Below are positions 1-9,572 of a stretch of DNA of 64,000 nucleotides, in pieces; positions within the stretch are counted from its first letter, which is position 1; each line of letters opens with the position of its first letter. Both the position numbers and the translations under genes were made by a program. The notes beneath the pieces are model-generated. The model was not told where the DNA came from. It did no database searches and worked only from the letters and a program-made list of their open reading frames with translations. This stretch comes from Phormidesmis sp. (GTDB lineage Bacteria; Cyanobacteriota; Cyanobacteriia; Leptolyngbyales; Leptolyngbyaceae): assembly GCA_965248535.1 (NCBI GenBank), contig CBDFJR010000005.1, forward strand, positions 608,001 to 672,000, read 5' to 3'.

Positions 1-1394
1 GCTGGCTGCACGAGTGGCTGAGTTGGCTGCAACCTGTTAACCAATCGTGGGTTTGGAAGCTGCGATCGCTGCCTGCCCTAGCCGGAGTCGGCTCGATCTT
101 TGCGATCTATTCGCTAAATCGGACTGCCTTCTCAAAACCTGCGGGGTTGGTGGGCGCGATCGTCATGGCGGTGTCTCCCTTCGCGGTCTATCTCTCTCAA
201 GAAGCGCGTCACTACACGGTGCCTATGCTGCTGCTCAGTCTGGCGCTGTTAGGCATGATTCGCCTTCAGCAAGACTTGCGAGAGCAACGCCTGCAACCCA
301 GTGTGTGGCTGGGCTGGGTCGCGGTCAACGGCGTGGGTTTCTACGTCCACTATTTTTTTATTTTGGCCACGATCGCTCAACTGCTCACTCTAGCTGTCTT
401 GGTTTTCAACCTTCACCGCTCAACTTTCAAAGCACCTGTGGACTTTTATCGTCATAGTTGGCTGGCGCTGCTCATGGCCGCGGGTGGCATTGGGTTGATT
501 TATCTGCCTTGGCTGCCGACCTTTTTGGGTCATTTGAGCCGCCCCGAAACGGATTGGTTAACCCCCACTCAAGCTGGTTGGTTAACGGTGATTGCGCCGC
601 TCTATCAGCTATTGGCGGGCTGGGTGCTGATGACGATCGCGCTTCCGGTTGAAAATCAGCCTCTCTGGGTCGTGATTCCGGCGGCGGTGCTAATGCTGCT
701 GTTTAGCGGTTGGCTGACTTGGCAAGTGCTTAAAGGACTGAAAAAACTTTGGCAAACTCCAGAAACCCACTGGGAAACTCTGACGCTAGCTAGCTTTATT
801 GGCTGGGTGTTGGTCGAGTTTTTGGCGATCGTCTACCTGCTTCACAAAGATCTGACGCAAGTGCCTCGCTATAACTTCATCTACTATCCTGCGGTGTGTG
901 CCCTGATAGGAGCCAGCCTCTGGAAAGGACGATCCGACCAGGATTTTCGACTCAAACCCTTACTTCCTCTGGTTTTAGCAGGGTTGATTAGCTGCGGATT
1001 TGTGGTCTCCGATCGCGTCTTTCTCAAACCTTATCAGCCTCAGCAAGTTGCCAAAACGATCCAGTCAAACGCCTCAGAATCGACGATCGTGGTGATGGCT
1101 CATCAAGATTGGCAAGACATTGCCTTGGGCTTGAGCTTTGCCCTAGACCTGTTGAAAGCTGATTCTAAAACCAAATTTGCGTTTTTGCAGCGATCGCAGG
1201 GTTATGACTCCGTGTGGCAGTCTCTGAAAAGCCCCAAAATCAACGACTCTTCGCCCCAAAATCTGTGGATCATCGCCCCCGGCTTGAGGGGAAAAGACTT
1301 TCCCCCGCAGCTTGCTTTGAGTCGATCGGTCTGCGCTCGCGACCCCAGCCGCTATTATCGAGTCGGCGTGCCCTATCAGGGCTATCGCTGTTGA
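1..1394 (+). CDS. Membrane glycosyltransferase, GT39/ArnT/PMT-like (5'-partial)
   Basis: Frame is open from base 3 (WLHEWLSW...LRSLPALAG) into ORF 147..1394; many TM segments; SPFAVYLSQEARHY and GFYVHYF motifs typical of GT-C fold enzymes. Confidence 0.75.
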   Translation, partial: WLHEWLSWLQPVNQSWVWKLRSLPALAGVGSIFAIYSLNRTAFSKPAGLVGAIVMAVSPFAVYLSQEARHYTVPMLLLSLALLGMIRLQQDLREQRLQPSVWLGWVAVNGVGFYVHYFFILATIAQLLTLAVLVFNLHRSTFKAPVDFYRHSWLALLMAAGGIGLIYLPWLPTFLGHLSRPETDWLTPTQAGWLTVIAPLYQLLAGWVLMTIALPVENQPLWVVIPAAVLMLLFSGWLTWQVLKGLKKLWQTPETHWETLTLASFIGWVLVEFLAIVYLLHKDLTQVPRYNFIYYPAVCALIGASLWKGRSDQDFRLKPLLPLVLAGLISCGFVVSDRVFLKPYQPQQVAKTIQSNASESTIVVMAHQDWQDIALGLSFALDLLKADSKTKFAFLQRSQGYDSVWQSLKSPKINDSSPQNLWIIAPGLRGKDFPPQLALSRSVCARDPSRYYRVGVPYQGYRC

Positions 1395-1403
1395 CCGATC
1401 GGG

Positions 1404-2497
1404 CTATTCGTCAATCTGCCAAAGCTCTTTGGTATAGTCTTCATCTAGCACCTTTTTGGGACGCATGATCAACACCACTTGACCCTAACAGCGGCACCTC
1501 TGGAGGGTCTGCAAACCAGCGTAGCTGCAACTGCTCGGCTTCGGCGACCACAAAATAGTTCTGATCATTCCACTGGCGCTGGGCCCGATCGACCACGATT
1601 ACGACTTCCCCGATCGCGCCGGGCAACGGAGTCGGGAGGCGATCGCTGTCGCCCAAAAGCACGATCGGGTCTTCTGCTCTGCGAATCACTTGCCAGCCAG
1701 GAATCGGCACCCAGGCTCCGGTTCCAGAAAACTGCACGAGTTGAAACGCCCCAGTCTCTTCAACCAGGGGGACAGCCTGTAAATCGGCCTTCGTTAAGGG
1801 CAACTTGCCGACCACAGGCAAAATTCGAGGCAGATCTTCATCGGTCTCTAGCCGATAAACAGGCAAACCCGGAGCCGGACGCACGGGGGTGACGGTGAAA
1901 TCGGTCAATAGTTGCTCGATTTTTTTGCGGGCTGTCGCACTGTGAGCAAACCTTCAACCCCTTGGCAATGAGAATCGATCGGGCCTGCAAATCACTTTTT
2001 TCTCTGGCACTTTTCCAGACTTGCAGCGCCACCGCATCTCCCGGATGAGTGGTGAATTCCTCAGGTGGTTTAAACCGAGAGACATCTTTGACCGCACGGG
2101 CCACTTCTCGCGCTTCATCAATGTCTAGCTCTTTTTCGACCACAAAGCTGGCGGCGGCGGCTCGCTCAGTTTGGGTGAGAATGCGTAGCTCATAGAGCGA
2201 ATCACTGCCCTTTTGCCAAAAGTGACCCTGCACCGCCTCTGACACGCCCGTGCTGACGATCGAGCTATAGACTTGGGCCGCGACAATGATCTGATTTTGT
2301 TGAATCGGCTCAAACCCGGTGGCTTCAAAAATCGCTTGGGGGCTGTAGCCTGATTTTTGCAAGGTCTGGCACGCTTGACCCCACTCGACCCAACTGCCTT
2401 CTTTGCGGCGCAGCGACTTTAATAGGGCTTCTGCCTCTACCTGACTTTGAGCCGTCTCATGCTCAGAGTTAGGCAACTCTTGGGGTGTCTCAGTCAT
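1404..2497 (-). CDS. raf1: RuBisCO accumulation factor 1, split by two +1 frameshifts (~1952 and ~1484)
   Basis: LRRKEGSWVEWGQAC and GFEPIQQNQIIVAAQVY are Raf1 motifs. Removing two extra bases joins ORFs 1838..2509 and 1441..1908 and restores the end ...VVLIMRPKKVLDEDYTKELWQIDE*. 1094 bp = 1092+2. Confidence 0.88.
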
Positions 2498-2597
2498 AGC
2501 CTCTCTCAAATTCTGCGGGCAATCTGCTTATTAGCTTACCAAAGTTAGGTGGCTTGACTAGATGATTGGGTTTGCGCCATGATAATATACTCAACGA

Positions 2598-2670
2598 GGG
2601 GTTATAGCTCAGTTGGTAGAGCGCTGCAATGGCATTGCAGAGGTCAGCGGTTCGAACCCGCTTAGCTCCA
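2598..2670 (+). tRNA. tRNA-Ala(GGC)
   Basis: Acceptor stem GGGGTTA/TAGCTCC-A with G3:U70; D arm AGCTCAGTTGGTAGAGC; anticodon arm CTGCA-AT-GGC-AT-TGCAG; T loop GGTTCGAAC; CCA not encoded. Confidence 0.97.
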
Positions 2671-2681
2671 TTCTTTTATGT

Positions 2682-4619
2682 TTAACGATCGGCATCATCT
2701 TGTGGGGTGACTCTCGCGATCGTGTCTTCTAAAAAGCGAATCACTGCATCGCTGAGAGGCGCAGGAACATATTTTGCAAACCACTGCCGCACATAGGCCA
2801 TCGTCGTCAGATTTAGCTCTTGAGTCGTAAAGATTTCTTTGACTTCTTCTAGTCGCTCTAGGGCACGCTCTTTGATGTCAGAAGGCGCGTTGTCTTCAAC
2901 GAGTTCCCACACGTCGCTAAACTGGGTTTGCAGAGTTTTCAAATCGCTTTCTAAAACGACTTCGGGCACGTCTTCTAACAGGACGCTGGGCAAAGACCCT
3001 CTAGGCTGACTGGGGGGAAACGCTGGCTTAAAATAGCTGCTATATTGCGCTTCTTTGTAAATTTTTTCTAACAGTTCATCAATCTCTGGGTTGTGAGGAG
3101 CAATGTCTAAGGCCCGCTCTAGGGCGGCTTTTGATTCTTCTAAATGCCCTTCTTCTCGAAGTTCTTCACCATAGTCCCACAGGGCTTGAAGAAACCCGTC
3201 TTTGGCCCGCACGGGGTCAACTCGGTAGGCACGATCGTAATATTTCACCGCCTGACTAAAGTTGCGAATTTCCATAAAGCATTCTGCGAGATCAAACAAC
3301 GCCCCAAAGTGATTGGGGTTAGCTCCCAAAATCGGACTGAGCCGACTGATAATGCTGAGAGTCACGCCAAAGGGCCGCGCTTTTTTAATCGCTTGATAGT
3401 CCTGCTCGATTTCAGGATCAAGCCGCTCTAGCTCCCAAATCTCGTGCTGTAAGGGGTGGCGTTTGACCAACCAGCGCCTGACTAGCTCGATCGTCACGCG
3501 AAATGTGGCAACTCTGGGGGGAATCGTGGTTCCGGTGGGCCGGAATTTTGCCCCAACAGGCTGCAAAAAATTCCAGTCAGCGAGATGAAACTGGGCATCG
3601 TGCAGGGATGGCGTGAGAATGACCCCACGATCGCGCAGCAAGGCTAGGGGTTCTTCTTGGCTAAAGTTAAGCAGCGAGGCATCGTGAGGCTGATCAAAAA
3701 TCAGTTTTGTCTCAGGCACTTCGGCGGCGGCTGAAAAAACGACCCGCTCTGGAATCGGCAACCCATCCCAAAACCAGGCTAGCCCGCCTTCGCCCAGTTC
3801 TAGGGCTTTTTCGATAATGCTGTCAACATCAGCGCGAGTCACCTGCCAGCGATTTTCTTCTCTGGCGTGAGAAAACACGGCAAAACAAACCACCTGCGTA
3901 AAGTAGGGGTGCCCGGCTGAGAGATCTAAAATCGCGTCGATCGCCCCCTGGCTATACTCCAGCAGTCCTGCCGCAGGTTTGGTGATCAGCCGCTCAGCAC
4001 TGCGGCGATCGAGCAGCCCAACTTCTTGATTGGGGGCTTCACGAAAAAGGCTGACCAATTCAGGCAGATCGTTGAGTTGTCGCCCGACCACCGGAATGAT
4101 GTAGAGATCAGAATGGTGATAAACCTCTGACTGAAGATATTGAAACAGGTGTCCCGCTGCAACCTTGAGACTATAAAATGCGTCAAACTCGTCTAGCAAC
4201 AGCACGAGATTTTGCACCTTGAGGGCTTGGCGCAGGTCTAGAAGGAAGCGATCGACAAAAATCTTGGGGTCGGCCTTTAGCTCTGCCATTGAAGGGAGGA
4301 CGATCGTGCCCATCAAGCCAAAGTGCTCTAGCGAATCTCTCGCCAGTTCGTGCAAAACTTCGTCTAGGGGTTTTTGGCTGTCGCCCTCTAAAGAGAGCGG
4401 AACAAAGGCGAACTGTTCAAGGTCAACGAAATTGGGAATCTGAGCCAGCACCGATGACTTGCCAATGCGGCGCTGACCGTGCAGCAAAATCACTTGAGAA
4501 CCCTTGTAGAGGTTGTCTGCCACAAACTGAAACAGACTTTCGCGTCCAAAAAACAGGCTCGGCTCTGTGATCGGGCGACCGATGATGTAAGGATTTCTCC
4601 GAGCGATCGGGAAACTCAT
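2682..4619 (-). CDS. STAND-like/AAA ATPase with TPR repeats and C-terminal helical domain
   Basis: NPYIIGRP..FFGRE, Walker A GQRRIGKS, Walker B LVLLLDEFD, SAGHPYFTQ; TPR-like segments (QAVKYYDRAYRVDP, ALERALDIAPHN). Confidence 0.8.
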   Translation of the reverse strand: MSFPIARRNPYIIGRPITEPSLFFGRESLFQFVADNLYKGSQVILLHGQRRIGKSSVLAQIPNFVDLEQFAFVPLSLEGDSQKPLDEVLHELARDSLEHFGLMGTIVLPSMAELKADPKIFVDRFLLDLRQALKVQNLVLLLDEFDAFYSLKVAAGHLFQYLQSEVYHHSDLYIIPVVGRQLNDLPELVSLFREAPNQEVGLLDRRSAERLITKPAAGLLEYSQGAIDAILDLSAGHPYFTQVVCFAVFSHAREENRWQVTRADVDSIIEKALELGEGGLAWFWDGLPIPERVVFSAAAEVPETKLIFDQPHDASLLNFSQEEPLALLRDRGVILTPSLHDAQFHLADWNFLQPVGAKFRPTGTTIPPRVATFRVTIELVRRWLVKRHPLQHEIWELERLDPEIEQDYQAIKKARPFGVTLSIISRLSPILGANPNHFGALFDLAECFMEIRNFSQAVKYYDRAYRVDPVRAKDGFLQALWDYGEELREEGHLEESKAALERALDIAPHNPEIDELLEKIYKEAQYSSYFKPAFPPSQPRGSLPSVLLEDVPEVVLESDLKTLQTQFSDVWELVEDNAPSDIKERALERLEEVKEIFTTQELNLTTMAYVRQWFAKYVPAPLSDAVIRFLEDTIARVTPQDDADR

Positions 4620-4645
4620 AGATATATTTTAGATATTTGGCTAGA

Positions 4646-5947
4646 TTAACCCTGGATCAATCCTTTCGGCAATGCTGCTGACACTTTCCCTAACCATTCC
4701 AGAATAGAGGGCACCTCTTCTTTATGCTGCCACAACCAGCGAATGGCTTTTGTAACGTTCTCGGCCTGTTTGTGACTCATGAGGTTGAGAAATTCTTTTT
4801 GGCGATCGTGCAAACTCTCTTCATTGCTGTTTTCGATCTCTTTGATCACCCACCACTCCATCATCGAAGAGGCAAACCTATAGGATTTTTGACTATCGTG
4901 CCGTCGCGATATCACCACGCCCCGCTCTTCTAAATCTGTCAATTCTCGCTCTTTTTGGCTAAAAACGAGATCGATATCTCCTAGATCATAGTGTTTTTTG
5001 AGCAGGCGACCCTTTAGCCCGCAGAGGGCAATCAGCATCATTAGGGTTTGCTCAACCTGATTGCCTAGGTTCCACATATCTTCAAAATAGTGCACCGTGG
5101 CGCGCTGAAAATCTTGGGCAAACGCTTCTGCGTTGGGGATGTGCCCCGTCCGCAATTCCCGATAGAGTAGATGTCCGGCGTTTTGCAGCAGCGCTGGGTT
5201 GCCGTCTGCGATCTCTCGAATGCCATCCCTGAGAGCCGGAGTCATGAGCATACAGCCCAACAGAGCCGCCACTTCTGTCTCTTCAAAGGGCTTGAGAGGT
5301 TGAAACAGATAGTGGTTATACCAGGGGGAGCCGTCGGGCTTGAGTTTGGGGCCAAGTTCATTTAACCGTCGCAGCGAGGTGACGACCATCGAGAGAAACT
5401 GCCGCTCTCTAGCGTGAGAAGCAATGTTTCGGCAGTCGCTTAAAAAAACGGCTATGTCGCTGTCGCTATAGCCATCTTGGGGTCGCAGAGCAGCGTCATA
5501 ATCATCGACTAGCAGCACCAGAAATTTGTCTTGCTTGCCAATTTGTCGCAGCAGCGATCGTAGCCCATCTTTAGTCGTGTTGCCCTGATCTAAAAATTTA
5601 CGGACTTCTGCCTGCAACGCTGGCTCTTTTTCTAAAGCCTCGTGAATCAGCACCATGATCTCGCGCCAAAAATTGACGGCACTAAAGGGGGCAATGCTCA
5701 AACAACTCAGCAAGACGATGATGGCGCTAGAGGGGTCGTGTCCTCTCAGTTGCCAGGCTTTGGGCGAGGCGAGGAGTTCTAAAAACGACGATTTGCCGAT
5801 GCCTGGGCCGCCCCAAAGGGCGAGATTGCTGCGGCTGAGAATCTGATCAAAGGCGGTCTCGATCGCTGAGGTGCGCCCCGCGAAGCGATCGGACGGAATA
5901 GTTCTGCCGACGATAAATGGATTTTGAGTGATCGGGCTTTCGGTCAT
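4646..5947 (-). CDS. STAND-like/AAA ATP-binding protein
   Basis: NPFIVGR..FAGR, Walker A GGPGIGKS, Walker B LVLLVDDYD, ADGNPALLQ, winged-helix-like C-terminus. Confidence 0.78.
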   Translation of the reverse strand: MTESPITQNPFIVGRTIPSDRFAGRTSAIETAFDQILSRSNLALWGGPGIGKSSFLELLASPKAWQLRGHDPSSAIIVLLSCLSIAPFSAVNFWREIMVLIHEALEKEPALQAEVRKFLDQGNTTKDGLRSLLRQIGKQDKFLVLLVDDYDAALRPQDGYSDSDIAVFLSDCRNIASHARERQFLSMVVTSLRRLNELGPKLKPDGSPWYNHYLFQPLKPFEETEVAALLGCMLMTPALRDGIREIADGNPALLQNAGHLLYRELRTGHIPNAEAFAQDFQRATVHYFEDMWNLGNQVEQTLMMLIALCGLKGRLLKKHYDLGDIDLVFSQKERELTDLEERGVVISRRHDSQKSYRFASSMMEWWVIKEIENSNEESLHDRQKEFLNLMSHKQAENVTKAIRWLWQHKEEVPSILEWLGKVSAALPKGLIQG

Positions 5948-6022
5948 CGGCGGATCTTCTCGGTGACAGGGGCAGGGGGTGATATGGAACGATCGTAGCC
6001 CAAACCCACCCAGATCAGTGAC

Positions 6023-6952
6023 TCATACCGTGACTGGAGTCGCTTTGCCCACGGGAGCGATGCCTGCCAGATCGAGAATCTGGGGAATCAGATCTTCGCG
6101 CTTCACCGCCATCATGTGCACGCCCTGACAGAGTTGGCGGGCGAGTTGCACCTGCTCTGCTGCAATCATTAGACCTTCTTGGAGAGGATCAGAGGCGCGC
6201 TCTAAGCGATCGATGATAGAGTCTGGAATCTGAACACCCGGCACACAGCGATTAATAAATCGGGCATTTTTGGCAGACTTGAGTAGAAAAATCCCTGCTA
6301 AAACGGGTTTTCCGGCGGGCGAACCGAGGTGATCCATAAATTTTTCTAAGCGATCGAAGTCTGAAATTAGCTGGCTCTGAAAAAACTGGGCACCCGCTTC
6401 TACTTTGCGCTCAAATCGCCGCTGCAACCCTGACCAACTCCCACACTGGGGATCAACGGCCGCGCCAGCAAACAAGGTAGTTTCGCCATCCGATAGAGAT
6501 TGATCGTTCCAGTCAGCGCCTAAATTGAGTTTGGCGATCAAATGCAGCAAGCGCACAGACTCTAGCTCAAATACGGCTTTTGCATCTACATGATCACCTG
6601 CCTTCACCGGGTCGCCCGTCAACGCCAAGATGTTATAAATTCCTAGCGCGTGGGCCCCAAGCAGGTCAGCTTGGAGACCGATGCTGTTGCGATCGCGGCA
6701 CGCCACCTGACAGATCGGCTCAATGCCCTGTTGCAGCAGCAGCGCCGACGACACCAAGGCACACATTCGCATCACGGCCCGACTGCCATCGGTGACATTG
6801 ACCGCATGAACTCGCCCTCTGAGAAGCTGCGCCATCTCTAGCATATGAGCGGGGTTGCCCCCTTTGGGAGGAGCGACTTCAGCCGTGATTAAAAATTCGC
6901 CAGACTGAGCAGCCGAGCGGAACGAGGGGAGCGGGCGTGAGGGGTGCGACAT
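6023..6952 (-). CDS. metF: Methylenetetrahydrofolate reductase
   Basis: TAEVAPPKG, NVTDGSRA, CRDRN, LALTGDP, AGAQFFQSQ motifs. Confidence 0.9.
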   Translation of the reverse strand: MSHPSRPLPSFRSAAQSGEFLITAEVAPPKGGNPAHMLEMAQLLRGRVHAVNVTDGSRAVMRMCALVSSALLLQQGIEPICQVACRDRNSIGLQADLLGAHALGIYNILALTGDPVKAGDHVDAKAVFELESVRLLHLIAKLNLGADWNDQSLSDGETTLFAGAAVDPQCGSWSGLQRRFERKVEAGAQFFQSQLISDFDRLEKFMDHLGSPAGKPVLAGIFLLKSAKNARFINRCVPGVQIPDSIIDRLERASDPLQEGLMIAAEQVQLARQLCQGVHMMAVKREDLIPQILDLAGIAPVGKATPVTV

Positions 6953-7057
6953 GGGCGATCGGGTAAGGCGTTTGCTAGGAATTATTGGGGATCAAGTCTA
7001 GGTTGAAGGCTGATCCCTGTCATCTTTACAGGAACTTAGAGGTGTGGACGGATCACC

Positions 7058-8068
7058 TTAGAGCGGCAAGGTGTATCCCATGGCTTTTTTGGCTTTAGTC
7101 AAAGTTGCGTTAGCGATCGCTGAGGCTTTTTCGCGGCCGTCTCGCAGCACCGATTCTAAATAGCCGCGATCGTCCATGATCCCCTGATATTTTGCTTGAA
7201 TGGGCTGCAAGGCCGCAATCAGAGTTTCGGTCAACAAGGGTTTGAACTGACCCCAGCCCATATCTTGACATTCTGCGGCCACAGCTTCTTTAGTCTGATT
7301 AGACAAAATCATGTAGAGCGTCAGCAGATTGTTGCATTCGGGACGATCGACATCACCAAACACCAGCCCACGAATCGGGTCTGTTTTGCAGCGCTTGATC
7401 TTGTTTTGAATCACGTCTGGTGGGTCTAGCAAATTGATCCGACTTAACTCAGACGGGTCAGACTTTGACATTTTGCGGGTGCCATCGGTGAGGCTCATCA
7501 CCCGTGCCCCTTCAGCCCGAATCAGGGGAGCAGGACGTTTGAGAACGGGGTGCTCAGGGGTGGCAAACTTGTGATTGAAGCGATCGACTAAATCGCGAGT
7601 CAGTTCTAAATGCTGTTTTTGGTCTTCGCCGACGGGCACTTTATCGGGTTCGTAGAGCAAAATATCGGCCGCCATCAATACAGGATAAGTGAGCAACCCT
7701 GTGCCTACGTCTTGCCCCTGTTTTAGCGCTTTTTCTTTAAACTGGATCATATCTTCTAGCCAGTTGAGCGGCGTGATGCAGCTTAACAACCAAGCCAATT
7801 CAGCGTGAGCCGGAACGTGCGACTGCACAAAAATCGTAGTGTATTGTAAATCTAAGCCGCAAGCGAGGTAGAGCGCAGCGATCGCATAGGTGTCTGCCGC
7901 CAGGGTTTCTGGGTTGTGGGGCACCGTAATTGCATGGAGGTCTGCCAAGAAGAAGTAATTGTCATAGTGACGTTGCCCTTCGACCCAGTTGCGGATGGCT
8001 CCTAGATAATTACCGAGGTGAAGATAGCCCGTGGTTTGAATGCCAGAAAGAACTCGCTGCCTTGTCAT
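7058..8068 (-). CDS. trpS: Tryptophan--tRNA ligase
   Basis: HLGNYLGA (HIGH-like), KMSKS, VPVGEDQKQHLELTRD. Confidence 0.96.
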   Translation of the reverse strand: MTRQRVLSGIQTTGYLHLGNYLGAIRNWVEGQRHYDNYFFLADLHAITVPHNPETLAADTYAIAALYLACGLDLQYTTIFVQSHVPAHAELAWLLSCITPLNWLEDMIQFKEKALKQGQDVGTGLLTYPVLMAADILLYEPDKVPVGEDQKQHLELTRDLVDRFNHKFATPEHPVLKRPAPLIRAEGARVMSLTDGTRKMSKSDPSELSRINLLDPPDVIQNKIKRCKTDPIRGLVFGDVDRPECNNLLTLYMILSNQTKEAVAAECQDMGWGQFKPLLTETLIAALQPIQAKYQGIMDDRGYLESVLRDGREKASAIANATLTKAKKAMGYTLPL

Positions 8069-8271
8069 AAGTTTGAGGAATAGAACAGGTGAAAGCGCCT
8101 GTCAATATCGTTAAAAACTGCAAAAACCGAGTCGGGATGCTTAAAAAGCAGGGTGCAGTTCACCTATTATCACCTGCAACCTAACCCTCTAGACTCGATT
8201 TTCAAAGCATTCAGTGTTTAAAGGTTTAGTCTCTATCGATTGCTAACGGTCTTTCTTTTAATCTTGCTTTT

Positions 8272-9216
8272 ATGAATTCTCAACTAAATTCTGGGTTAAA
8301 GCCTTTGGTGGTTGGCTGTTGGCAGATCGACGATCGTAGCTGGAAAGCCATCCCCGAAGCCCAGTTAGAGCGGGCGATCGATACCTATCTTGCGCTGGGG
8401 GTGAAAGGTTTTGACACCGCCGATATCTATGGGCGCAGCGAGCAAGTTTTAGGGCGATTGCTCAAAGGACGAGACACGATCGTGCTCACAAAGGCAGTGT
8501 TTTTTAGCGGAATTCCGACTCCTAATCAAGTTCGCAGCAAGATTGAAAACTCGTTGCGAACGTTGCAGCGCGATCGCCTCGACTATGTTCACGTTCACTG
8601 GCACGATCCGCAGCTTGATTTTTCTTCGACCTTTGCGCTGCTCAATGAGTGGGTTGAGCAAGGCAAAATTGTCAAACTGGGAGTGACCAACTTCGACACG
8701 CCAATGCTAGAAAAAGCGTTGAAAATGGCTCCGATCGCCACCCATCAGGTGCAATATAGTTTGATCGATCGCCGGGTTGAAGCGTCTATGCAGTCCCTCT
8801 GTCTAAAACACAAAATCGGACTGCTGGCCTACGGGCCCTTAGCTGGAGGATTTCTATCCGACAAGTTTCGCAGTGTGAAAGCGCCCCAAAATGCGGCTGA
8901 TCATGCCCGATCCTTTTATTATAGCCAGATGATTCAGGCTCACGGCGGCTGGGCGGCGGTGGGCGATCTGTTGGAAACGCTGGCGCAAGTAGCCCAAAAA
9001 TATGAAAAGACGATCGCTCAGGTTGCTTTAAACTGGGTCAATCAACAGCCGGGCGTAGAAGCCGTGATTTCTGGGCTGACCCTCGATCGCCAGCAGATTC
9101 AGCACAATGTCGAAGCATTTGCCTGGAATCTAGAAGCGGGCGACCTGCAACGGTTGTCAGAGCGATCGTCAACGTTATTTCAACAAGCGGGTGATGTCTA
9201 CTCCTATGAGCGTTAG
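8272..9216 (+). CDS. Aldo/keto reductase
   Basis: GCWQ, FDTADIYG.SE, LGVTNFD, QVQYSLIDRR, LAYGPLAGG. Confidence 0.9.
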   Translation: MNSQLNSGLKPLVVGCWQIDDRSWKAIPEAQLERAIDTYLALGVKGFDTADIYGRSEQVLGRLLKGRDTIVLTKAVFFSGIPTPNQVRSKIENSLRTLQRDRLDYVHVHWHDPQLDFSSTFALLNEWVEQGKIVKLGVTNFDTPMLEKALKMAPIATHQVQYSLIDRRVEASMQSLCLKHKIGLLAYGPLAGGFLSDKFRSVKAPQNAADHARSFYYSQMIQAHGGWAAVGDLLETLAQVAQKYEKTIAQVALNWVNQQPGVEAVISGLTLDRQQIQHNVEAFAWNLEAGDLQRLSERSSTLFQQAGDVYSYER

Positions 9217-9389
9217 TCACGTCGCTCTTTTGACTCAGAACTCTTTCCTAGACATCGTTCTAAAAGCTCCACTCGATGGAGCCGCCAAAAACGACGCGGG
9301 TTGAGCACCACCGGGTAAGTAAGCTCACCTAGCGGTTGGTTGAGATATTGCCAGAGCGGAAAATCGAGTTTGAGAAGGTTTGAGAGCAT
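9213..9389 (-). CDS. Small hypothetical protein (58 aa)
   Basis: ATG at 9389 inside ORF 9213..9530; FPLWQYLNQP..LNPRRFW..ELLERC resembles a small conserved cyanobacterial protein (from memory). Confidence 0.55.
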   Translation of the reverse strand: MLSNLLKLDFPLWQYLNQPLGELTYPVVLNPRRFWRLHRVELLERCLGKSSESKERRD

Positions 9390-9572
9390 GGGGGAGAAGT
9401 CCAGGTAGCAGGGATGAGCAAACGCCCACGCAAAAATCACCTGTCGGGGGTCTGCCAGCCTTAAAGTGCCCAACCCTATGAGCGTTCTCGTGGTAGAGAT
9501 TGCGGAATCTTTTATCTCACCTTTACACAAAAGATCTGTAATTTTTGGGAGCCAGTTTCTTTAGGGTTCGAT

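Noticed and set aside
1404..2497. Programmed frameshifting in raf1 or psbD
   Set aside because: No slippery heptamer or stimulatory structure at the shift sites; sequencing error is simpler
2598..6022. Integrated element at tRNA-Ala
   Set aside because: No integrase and no duplicated tRNA 3' end seen beyond the ATPase pair
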